Of a stretch of DNA of 20,000 nucleotides, positions 1 through 10,548 are shown piece by piece. The notes under the pieces are model-generated. The model saw only the letters and a program-made list of their open reading frames with translations, did not search any database and was not told the origin of the DNA. This DNA is from Trichinella spiralis. Its lineage: Eukaryota. Where the stretch lies: positions 10,839,817 to 10,859,816 of the forward strand of contig NW_003526943.1 of NCBI RefSeq assembly GCF_000181795.1, written 5' to 3'. Made by a program: the position numbers and the translations under genes. Position 1 is the first letter of the stretch. Each line of letters begins with the position of its first letter.

Positions 1-721
1 ATAAACATTCTACTTATAGTACCGTTAAACGCAATTTCAAATTAAACAATCATCCAATAATTTGTGCTATCATAATATATGAATTTAACATTATTAATTG
101 CACCTACAATATTTTATAAGAAAACATTAAACCAGAGATTGTTCTTTTAATAGTAAATCAATTTCCTACGCAAAATCATTTAGAGTACTGTATTTTGTAT
201 TTGCAATGTTACAGTATTGTAATACGGAGAAAATTAATTTATAGTCACAGTAATTTTTGACTTCAAATGAAAACAGTCATGCTAATTGAATAATTAAAAA
301 AATAATCAGGCGCTACAGAATGCCATTACAGTATGAATTGCTTAATAAAAATAGAAATTAAATTTCATTGCGAGTTTATTTATGAAATTATTTTTTTATT
401 TTATTCTAAATAAATATTATAATTCTAAGGTAGTCAAATTCACATAAAGTAAAATTTTTAATACGTCCGTCAGGCTGGTGGTTTACAATAATGCAAATTA
501 ATACAGTTCATATAGGAAATTTTGCATAAAAAAATATAACATACAATTATACGCCAGATGAGATCTATGTAAGTATCATTGTGCATTAAAAGCTTTTCAT
601 TTCACGTTCAGCGTAACATTTGTTGGTTGTTACATTTATAGATAAATCGGAGCAAACTGCTTATCAAAAGCAATATCAGTTTGCACAAAGAAATGCACAC
701 TTGCACTGTAGATAATGATCT

Positions 722-1278
722 TTAAAGGGAGGAGTAATTTTTTACGAGTGAACTTATCAGAAAAATTAAAGATTGCGACACTCCTGTTACAAGTGCATAT
801 AGAGCAGGCATTTGCTGACTGCTGTTGTAGAAAGTCCATGCTATGGTTGCACTGGTTATTGAACCCCAAGTTATAGGACCAATAGCACCGAATAAAATAA
901 TCACTAAATCGTACCAGTAGAATACTCTGTGACGACGAGAAGCCACTACAGCAATAAGACAAGCTATAAAATGAATAAACATTGAAGACACAAATGCCCA
1001 AAAAAATATCTGCATCCACATTTCTGAAACAATACAAATTAAGAGCAAACATCATGTAATAAATAAAACAACAGGTAACCGGAAAATTTGTCCAACTGGT
1101 GTGAAATGTGTGAAGAAGCCACCTGAATGTATTGTAAAATTTCGTCAGGAGTCATCCATAAAGATTTTGCATATTTTTCTTTTGATTTAAAATCAGCTGT
1201 ATCAGCTGCGGTTTCATTATCTTCAGTAAAGGAAGATGCGGCGATCTCAGGAATATTCATGCAAACAGAACAGTACAT
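722..1278 (-). CDS. TMEM170: TMEM170-family small ER/nuclear-envelope membrane protein, 2 exons (1278-1080, 1023-722)
   Basis: A 56-nt GT..TTTCAG intron (1079-1024) joins the two ORFs to give ..DKFSEMWMQIFFWAFVSSMFIHFIACLIA..GAIGPITWGSITSATIAWTFY..ALVTGVSQSLIF, matching the TMEM170 pattern (F-EMW..F.WA..SS; G..GP.T.G.ITSA.IA). The start could be ATG 1278, ATG 1260 or an upstream exon. Confidence 0.85.
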
Positions 1279-2182
1279 TTCCTCGAGTGTATTTTGAATT
1301 GAATGCAAATTTGAAAATAATATAACTTTAAAATAAACAAATATCAATGCAAATCAATTCAAGTAGGTAAATTTTTCATAATTTGAACACTCATAAACAA
1401 CTGCTGCCATCTTTGCAGCGTGGTTATTCTGATTGATTAAATCTGATTCGTCCGTCGTAACTCCTACTTTTCTGCACTGCTCTAGTTTCGTCGTTCATTT
1501 GCACTAACGTATTCATTTCATATTTATGCTACTTGAAATATAAAGAAAAGTGAACATAACTGAAAATTAAAGGATCCCAAAAGTATTTTTAGCACTGAAA
1601 TACAATAATAAATAGAAGCTTCTTTTGTCATTTATTCTTAATGTTATTGTTGAAAAAACTGCTCATCTGTGATATCTATTAGGATATTTGTTGAAGAAAT
1701 CAATTCAAAAATCGATCCAATGATTAAGATTTTGCAAATGCTTAATGAAACGGAGAACAATACCAAACTATGAAATATATTGAACGTTTGTTTCCATAGC
1801 GTTGCTTCACTTATTAGAAAATCAACAATTCCGGTGTGTTAAATTTACCGTATACCGACGACCTCTCTATAAGCTAAAACATCGCAATATCTTTTACAAA
1901 GATACAGAATAACGAAAAGGAGGTGGTATAGAAAAATTGACATTACTGTCAAATCAGAATTATTTTATACTTGCGTGAATTACGTTAAAATAAAAACTGA
2001 CATAAAGTATTATAATATACAACATTATATCATTCTGTTTCAGTAATGAATGCAGACTATCAAAATGAAACTGTAAATTTTATATTACCTGAAAATCTTT
2101 TGCGGTAGTCGCGCATAAATTTGTAGTTTTATTCTTAATTCATAGTAATAAAAAAATTTATTTCAATACGTTAAACTGAAAT

Positions 2183-5077
2183 ATGTTATTTTATAAACGA
2201 AATATTCTATCTTTTTGTATAAGATGTATTTTGAAAGATAAGAAGCAGCTTTACAAAAGTAAATCCAGTGCAATTCATGTGGAAAAGCAGAGGTTAGTTT
2301 GATACATTAATAAATTTTGTTGTTTTTTTTCAAAAAAAGATACTAATTTTAATATTTATATTTGATTTTTGAGGTAGAATCTCATAAAAGAATTCAATTT
2401 TTAAATTGTGCCAAATTATTGCTTTGAATTCAAGTTAATAATAATTTTGAAGTATTGTATGCGCTGTTTTTTAAAATAATTCCATGTATATCATGTTCAC
2501 AACTAAAAAGAAGACATTTTAATCGTAGAATAAACATTGTAGTTGTGTTTGATAAAGCATTGCCAAATAATTTGAATATAATGTTTATCAATTTTTAATT
2601 AAATAGTATTATTATTTATGCGATATTTTCTGTGAACTGTTAAAATTATTGTATTGATTTATTTTTTTGTATTTTTACATGTTTTGAGCAAATTAATTTT
2701 AGTGATTGGGAAGCAGTAATTGGTTTAGAAATACACGCTCAAATTAATAGCAAAACAAAGCTCTTCAGCAATAGTATCTGTGATTCAGAAGCACCAGCAA
2801 ATACTTTAGTTTCGCCGTTTGATATGGCAGCTCCTGGGACAATGCCAGTATTCAAAGTTTAAAATTATTCAACTTCAGCATTATTCAAATATTCAAAACT
2901 GCGAACGTTAAATTTTATTAACTTCTTTCATTGCTTTATTTATTGACTAGTAGTTAGTTACGTCTGCAATGATAAAATAATATTTTATATTCATAAATTT
3001 CTGTTATCAGGTGTTGAATAGAAGGTGCGCTGAAGCGGCTGTACTTACCGGTTTAGCATTAAATTGTTCAATTTCTCGTTGTTCAACTTTTGATCGCAAG
3101 CATTATTTCTACCCAGATATGCCAGTATGTGATTTTTTATGATGTATTTTGTCGAATATTATTATTTTATATTATTTAGGCAGGTTATCAAATTACGCAA
3201 TATTTTCAACCAATCGCTAAAGATGGTTATGTTGAATTTTACGTGAAAAATCACGACAAAGAAAGCAATGAGCTGTATCGAAAAAGGGTGAACATTTTAC
3301 GTCTGCAACTTGAACAAGACAGTGGCAAACTTTTCTCGAATGAAGCCAACGATTGTATTTATGTTGACTTAAATAGATGTGGTAAATTTTTTATTATTAT
3401 CAGAGGAGATGATTATTATTTCTTTTAATATTCAGGTATAGGTTTGATGGAAATTGTTACTGATTGTACTTTGAAAAATGGCGCTGAAGCGGCTGCATTG
3501 GTTAAAGAATTGCAGATCATGATGAAAGCATTGGACACATGTCGTGGTAGAATGGAAAGTATGCTTATTTATTAAAATAAGCTTTTTTTAAAAATATGCC
3601 ATTAGTTAAATCAGACTATCAATTATTGTAATTAACGTTAATATGAATAAAAAATCATAATTTTAACGTTTAAAAGAATTTTGATTTTTCAGGAGGAGAA
3701 TTTCGCGTTGATGTGAACGTTTCAGTTCGTAAATGTGGTGAAAAATCATTAAGAGTTCGAACAGAGTTGAAAAATTTAATCAGTTTCCACTTCATCTCCA
3801 AAGCTATTGGTATTCAATATTTTTCTTATGCTTATTTATTTATTGGAATTTATTTTCAGATGTAGAAATTGCTCGTCAAATTGAACTTTACGAACAAGGC
3901 GGTGAAGTGATCAATGAAACAAGATCTTACGATAATCGAGCAGGCAAAACTATACCCATGCGTGACAAAGAGGTCCATCAAGATTATCGCTATATGCCAG
4001 AACCAAATCTCCCTCCTTTGCTTGTAATTGGCAATGAAGAAGAGGATCAAAGTCAGATTTCACAAGCAAATTTTGTCAACATTGATAAATTGAAATCAGC
4101 ACTTTTGTTGTTGCCGAATATTTTGAGAGACAAGTGGATTGAAGTAGACAAACTTCCATTATCATTAGCATGTTTTATATACGTAAGTGAATATACATAT
4201 ATGTAAAGTTATTATTGCTGTTTCTAATTTTTACACATTGAATAAAAGAAGTTACCATCTAATGCTTTTAATATAATTTTTAATGTATTGTTGTGATTTA
4301 CTTTGTAAAAAAATTAAATTATCAAGGATGAAGCTGTGCTACGTTCGTATTACACTGAATGCGTGGATGTTCGATGCTTGGATCCAATTAAAGTTGCGAA
4401 TATTTTGAAAAATGATCTTCAATTTGCATTAAAAACGAAACGTATGGACATTAAACGCTGGTGATTGTAAAGCTATTAATTCTTAATATATTAAAATTTA
4501 TTATTATTATTAAAATTTCAGCAAAATCCCTGCTCAAGTGATGTCTTCATTGGTCGAAATGCGAATAAGGGATCAAATTTCTGTAAAAAATTTCAGTCTG
4601 GCAAGCTTTCTTTAATTAATTAATATGCAATACATTATTGAAATTGCTCATTTTTATTTTTCTTCTTTTTGTTTAAGGTGATTGACATGCTGTTAAATGA
4701 AGACCAACGATCTCCAGGACAAGTACGTATAAAAAAAGTATTTTCCAAAATTATTAAAAGTGTATTTCAAATTTTAAAATGAATTATTGTTATACATGGT
4801 ATTCACAAATTTAAATTAACAGATCGTGGAAGACTTGCAATTGGCCAATATTGATGACGATCAAGAAATTTTTAAAGTATGTGAGGAGGTTCTGAAAAAT
4901 GAAACGGAAGCAGTGATGAAATTTAAAAGTGGGAAGAGTAAAATTTTGTCAAGATTTCTTCGCCTGGCTAGTGTTCAGCTACGCCACAGAACATCGCCAG
5001 AAAAGCTGGAAAACATATTTTTACAACTGTTGAACACAAATCGACCCAAAGACGAAAACACAAAACAAGCCACTTGA
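2183..5077 (+). CDS. GATB: Mitochondrial glutamyl-tRNA(Gln) amidotransferase subunit B (GatB/PET112), 11 exons: 2183-2292, 2703-2847, 3011-3124, 3180-3381, 3436-3558, 3693-3809, 3860-4182, 4327-4460, 4522-4600, 4678-4722, 4823-5077 (~548 aa)
   Basis: The spliced translation contains the GatB motifs [83 protein letters not shown] and [21 protein letters not shown]. All splice phases are consistent (total 1647 nt). Exon 1 encodes a basic presequence-like N-terminus and is less certain. Confidence 0.95.
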
Positions 5078-5166
5078 ATCTGTGATGCTTTAATTATTAA
5101 AAAAAATCATAAGAAGAATACAATTTTGTTATTTAAAACAAAAGTTTGAAAATAATTTGCATATAG

Positions 5167-8100
5167 TTATGCAGCAACGTCGACATCCACGCTCCTGGCA
5201 ATGGAATCAATAGGTTTGTTAAGGCGAATTTTATTCTGCCGACCTCGTACAATTGTATCGTCTTTGCATAGCTCATTGATAACTTCTTCGAACAATTCAC
5301 GCCGAATTGTCTTAAAAAGCAAAACACATCAAAAATATTTCATGCACATGCACATGGTGGAGTAAAATTCCATTTTACCATATCTGTACTTTCACGGATT
5401 TCAGCTAACATCGTCCTGGGACACATCCAAGTACCAAACGGTTTGCTGGTCAATTTTGCCTTTACAACAATGCGCAATTGATCCATTTGCTTTCGAGCAC
5501 CGGCCGAAGTGCCGAGAGCCAAAATATTAATGTCCACTTTTCCGGTTGTTGGATCAGTAGCAGATTGTTTCAATGCTTCTTTGTAAAGTCTGAAAAATAG
5601 AAGAGAAAAAAAATTCACATGCACATACGAGCATCTCATATGCAAAGTCAACTTGTATGCTTCTTCCACATCTTTTCGCTCAACTACTGGTGAGAGTCGA
5701 ATTTTAGCTCTGGCTTCTCCTAGGCGAATCAAGCTTTCCAGTTGGCGAGGATAAGCACATATCTGTCCTTGGGAAATGTTTCCACCCTGCAATAGCAACA
5801 ATTATAAAATTGTATTGTTTTCTTTTTGTTTTGGTCTATACTTTTCGCATTTCGACATATTTTTCAACTAAATAATCTCTGGCTTCTTCATTTAAAATTG
5901 GAAAACAAGTTGCTTTTGCGTAAGTAATGTAGTCTTTCAAAAGGGACATGTCCTTTAAAATAGAAAAAGGTATTTATTGTCAACGGATCACGGGATACAT
6001 ATAGAAAATTTTCCTCACCAGAAGCTCACTTTCCGCTTCTTCATACCCTTTATGATAAAGCGACACAAGATGTGTAGCCAATCCTCGATCATAGTATTCA
6101 TCTTGGGGATCGACCATCAGAAAGATCAAATCAAATCTAATTTACGACAAAATAATAAACATTTAAAATTTTAAAACAAAAAATGCAACAAAAATATTTC
6201 AAATACCTGGAAAGAAGAGTGTGAGGCAACTGAACATTTTCAAGTATAGTTTTGTTTCTATTCCACTGACTCTCAACGGGATTGGCAGCCGCCAAGACAG
6301 AAGTTCTAGCGTTAAGCTGGCAAACTATTCCCGCTTTCGCTACAGATAAGGTTTGCTGCTCCTAAAATCAGTGCAAGTTGCATGTATCAGTCTTCACAAA
6401 CATAAATAGCAAATTTAAATAACAGACTCATTGACTTTAATTTAATTTTATTTATTTACTTTTAAAGCGATACAACAACACTTACCATGCATTCCTGCAA
6501 TACTGATCGAGCTACTTCGTTCATTTTGTCAAACTCGTCAATACAACATACACCATTGTCACTCAGTGCTAAAGCGCCGCTGTAAAGCATATTATTTAAA
6601 AAAAAGAATTCAAGAAATGCATATCAATTACATGATCTTATTACATTCATGCAAATTCTTGGATAAAGGCTTAAAATTAAAAAAACACTTGAAAGTAAAT
6701 CTTACATCTGCAAAACAAAATGACTGGTTTCAGGATCTCTGGAAACATGCGCAGTGAGACCAGCGGCTGAGGAACCTTTTCCAGAAACGTACTGACCACG
6801 AGGTAGCAAACGGTAAATGTACTGCAACAACTGGGATTTGCTGGTGCCTGGATCACCACATAGTAGAACGTTGATTTCAGATCTGGAAAAATTATATTTC
6901 AACTTTCACTGCTTAACAAATCGAAAAGATCAATTATAGAAGTGCCTGAATTTTCCTCGACCAACTTCACTCAAATCTTTCCTCGTTCCGCCAAACAGTA
7001 AATATAAAATAGCCATTTTGATTGAAGTATGCTCATATATGCTAGGAGCTATAAAGATTTATTATGAGGGATTTTTTTGCTACAAATACAGTAAAAATTT
7101 ACCTAATGCATGCGCAAGCCGGTCATAAACGTCAGGCCGGGATGCCAAGTCTTGAATTTTTTCAATCCTTTCCGGCGTTAACCAGTGTCTAAAAATTTTT
7201 AAATTGAATAAAATTTAAACTAACAAACAAAAATAATTTATAACAAATATACTGGTAATCATTTTCTTGAAGCTGAAATGCTTCCATTTTTTGAAAATGC
7301 AGAACATCCACGTGAACTTTCAAAACTGGGCGACAACCGCGAAAGTTTGATCTTTCACGAACGGGATTCGCTCGATAAATACCACAAACAGTCACCCTGA
7401 GAAACGTAATACGCAGAGCAACATTAGTCTATTTAATTAAATCAAATGTGCAATTATGTTCTGATTATCACAGTTTATACTACAATTGAGAAGATCACTG
7501 AGAGAAAAATAGCAAGTGAAACAAAATACGACAAACCTATCTCCAGGTTGTACCGTATCCACCAATGCACCATGTGCATGAAGTGTGATCGAAAGAGGAG
7601 CCTGTCCAGGAGGCATTTCATCTAAAATTTGTGTAAATTATTTCAAAATTAAAAGTAAAATAAGAAAAAATACCAGGAAATTCTTGAAGTTTTATTACTT
7701 GTCGAGAAAGAAAGAGTGATTTGTTGCAAATTAAAACAAAAGTATTTTTCGTCTGACAACTTTCACAATAGTCGGGTTCTTTGATAAAACCCATATCATT
7801 CTCGACCATTGTAAAAGATTTACAAATAGCACATTCGAAAAAACCGCAACGCATCTCTGGTATAATACCTGTAGATCTAGTGACTAACCCGTTCATTGTC
7901 ACCAATCGATTCACATCTAAAATAATTTTTTATAACTGTTATATGCATAAAGTATTCAACTTACCCTTGGGATCTAAAGCTCTCATGCACTGAATACGAT
8001 CGCCGTTGTATGGCCTTACTTGAAGTTCATTGCGACGAGCTGTCGGAAAATATTTAGCATATATGTTATTAGCCACAAAATCCAAATATGGAATGACATC

Positions 8101-9643
8101 CTGAAATTGATATCAACAAATTATTTTTAAAAAAATAAAATCTTATAAAATTACCGCCGGATAAGTAAGAACCAAATAATACAAGGCTTCATCAAATTGT
8201 TTCAAATGTTGTAAATTAATTTCAAATGATGTACTCTCAGAGAGATGTACCTTGAATTAAATAACAAATTGATGCTTTAGCTAGGAATAAAAAAATTCAT
8301 TCAAACGTACATTCTTGAGCAGTTCTAAGTAGTATTTTTCTGTGGATTCCATTTCATCTGTGTCGGATACTTGAAATTCTTCAATAAAATTTCCAAATTT
8401 GCCTTCCAAATCAGTCAAACAAATTCCAGTACCCCAAATGAACACACGAGTGCCTCTGCCTGACTCTTGAGATTGAACAATGGAATTTGAATTGACTGTT
8501 GGATTCATTACTGTACGGCGAACTGGCATGTTGTTCACAACGTCAGATAGAAATTCAGGTTGTCTATAATGTTCTTTTAGCTATTTTTATTCACATAATA
8601 ATAATTTTAAAATTTACCCCAAATTAACGGTGACAACTGCCTCTGGTGAAGATGGTCGCTGGTGTAATAATTCATCCAATTCCAAATCTTGGAAATCACT
8701 CTCAACAATTTCTGAATTAGATGATTGCGAGGATCTAACAAAATCTGAATAATAAAAACCACTTTCAACTACATTCTCAAAACAATATTAGTCAAACTGA
8801 TTTAAAGCAAAAAAAATATTTTCTTATCATTTAAAAATAAATACATAAAAATTCATATAATACCAGAGTCCACCTGCTGTTCAGAGTTATTTTCGGATGG
8901 AGGAATAATAGATATTTCATCGGCTGCTGAAAAAATTTAAGCAATCAAATCATTTCTTGTTTAACTTGAAAATGCATTTATACAAATTGAACGAAAGTAA
9001 CACAAAGATTAAGAAAACATAATTATCCAAATATCTATTATATATATATAATTTATTTATATTTAACAGCTGAATTACAATAATGCAATTAAGATATTTT
9101 AAAATTTCAGGCATATTAAAACATCTTTAAGTTGCTGAAAACAATTATTTCAAGTAATGTTCAAATAAATAAAACATATGCAAAGAAAAAGAAATCAGTT
9201 TAAAATTATATAAAAGAAAGTTGTCACAAGGTTAAATTAGTGGAAAAATTGTGTTCACAGTAACGGCAACCACATTTTTGCAATTATACACAGTAATAAT
9301 AATAATAATATAATATACCTGAACGTTGCGAAACATTTTGTGAAGCTAGACGACTCTGAGAACGAGTCGATCTTCTACCTAAATACAAAAATGTCAACCC
9401 TATCACAAATAAAACATTTTTATAATTATTATTTTAAAATATTTAATAAATTATAAAAACAATAAGCAATAAGATTTCAATGCAGAAATTTCATCAGTAT
9501 AAAAAAATACTAAATAAAAATGAAACTAAAAATTGACTTGGACTATTCATTCCACTAGAATTCTCGCTTGGAGTACTACGACGGCTACTGCTTGGGCGAC
9601 TATTCTGGCTTGAGGATGCCCCGCTGCGAGTACTTCTGGGCAT
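5167..9643 (-). CDS. MCM4: DNA replication licensing factor MCM4, 20 exons: 9643-9538, 9378-9319, 8926-8864, 8744-8618, 8563-8311, 8250-8155, 8100-7965, 7916-7674, 7621-7537, 7396-7253, 7188-7103, 7048-6946, 6882-6706, 6579-6486, 6361-6207, 6136-6019, 5952-5842, 5786-5653, 5589-5379, 5310-5167 (~881 aa)
   Basis: Ser/Arg-rich N-tail, IWGT motif, Zn finger [43 protein letters not shown] (MCM4-type Walker A), CCIDEFDKM (Walker B), [22 protein letters not shown] arginine finger, [12 protein letters not shown] and MCM4-typical [10 protein letters not shown]. Exon phases are consistent (total 2646 nt). Confidence 0.96.
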
Positions 9644-10208
9644 AATGGGTGTATTGAATATATTTCTAAATGAAAAATTCAAACCAGGTGAGAAAATTTG
9701 GCAAAAAAAACTAAATTTCGTTAGCCGTTCAAATGTAAAATGAAAATGCTCATGGAAAAACAGAAAAGGCATTCCGTATAGTTTCAATAAACATAGTTAA
9801 ACATAATAATTAAGGACAATTAAATGTTCATATAAATAACTTTAGATAACGAATGATAACGCAATTCGCACTGATAAACAGCCTATTTCGTCAGAAAAAC
9901 GTTGCAAATGTAATTAAACGATGATGAAAAGTTTCTGAAATGTACAAACTGAAATCAGATACATGTAACTTGAAAAAAAATATTCCAAACCAACACTGAC
10001 AATCCATTAGCTACCGCCCTAAATACGGTAACCTACAAAAAATGAATAAGTTTTAAAAATGCAGATAATACCAAAAAGTTTGATGATAAATATGCTGTGA
10101 AGATTATATTTCCTTAAATAAATCTGTGTAATAATTTTTGTACATGAATAAAAAGAACTTCATAATTTACGGTAAACATTTATATTTAGCTCAAGGTTGA
10201 TTGCAATA

Positions 10209-10462
10209 TGTAGACGACAGAAATGGGGTCTGTATTCAACAGAGAACCTGAGTGTCATTAATAATACGGTAGACCCGGAAGTGACGTAATAGGGGATTTT
10301 GCGTGGTTGCTTGCGAGATAGTGTCGTGGCTTGTCGTTGTTAGTAGTTCGCCTTATAAGTCGGATTGTCTAACACATTGGACACTCCCGGCCTTGCAATA
10401 ACAACTCAGACATACAGTCCACTAACATCGGAGACGAGTGACTTGTTGTTTCGCTCGTTACA
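10209..10462 (+). repeat. Putative 5' LTR (254 bp)
   Basis: It begins TGTAGAC and ends GTTACA, 3 nt before the PBS. It contains TATAA (~10353) and AATAAC (~10397). The second LTR is not visible, so the left boundary is inferred. Confidence 0.75.
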
Positions 10463-10465
10463 TTC

Positions 10466-10482
10466 TGGTCCTCCGAGCCGGA
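10466..10482 (+). other. Primer-binding site complementary to the tRNA-Tyr 3' end
   Basis: TGGTCCTCCGAGCCGGA is the reverse complement of TCCGGCTCGGAGGACCA, which resembles the eukaryotic tRNA-Tyr(GUA) 3' end. Similar PBSs are known in BEL/Pao elements. Confidence 0.8.
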
Positions 10483-10548
10483 GTAGTGGAATAATCAAGT
10501 AGAAATCTCATCGTTGCAACACACATTCCCATTTTGAGTCGATCCATC

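Noticed and set aside
636..1055. 139-aa ORF overlapping TMEM170
   Set aside because: It is an alternative frame of the real exon with no recognisable features.
5977..7993. Plus-strand ORFs 5977-6174, 6566-6757 and 7781-7993
   Set aside because: They are antisense shadows of MCM4 exons and introns.
9670..9740. CHR-like TTCAAA and E2F-like TTTGGC motifs upstream of MCM4
   Set aside because: They are short, AT-rich and imperfect, so expected by chance without conservation data.
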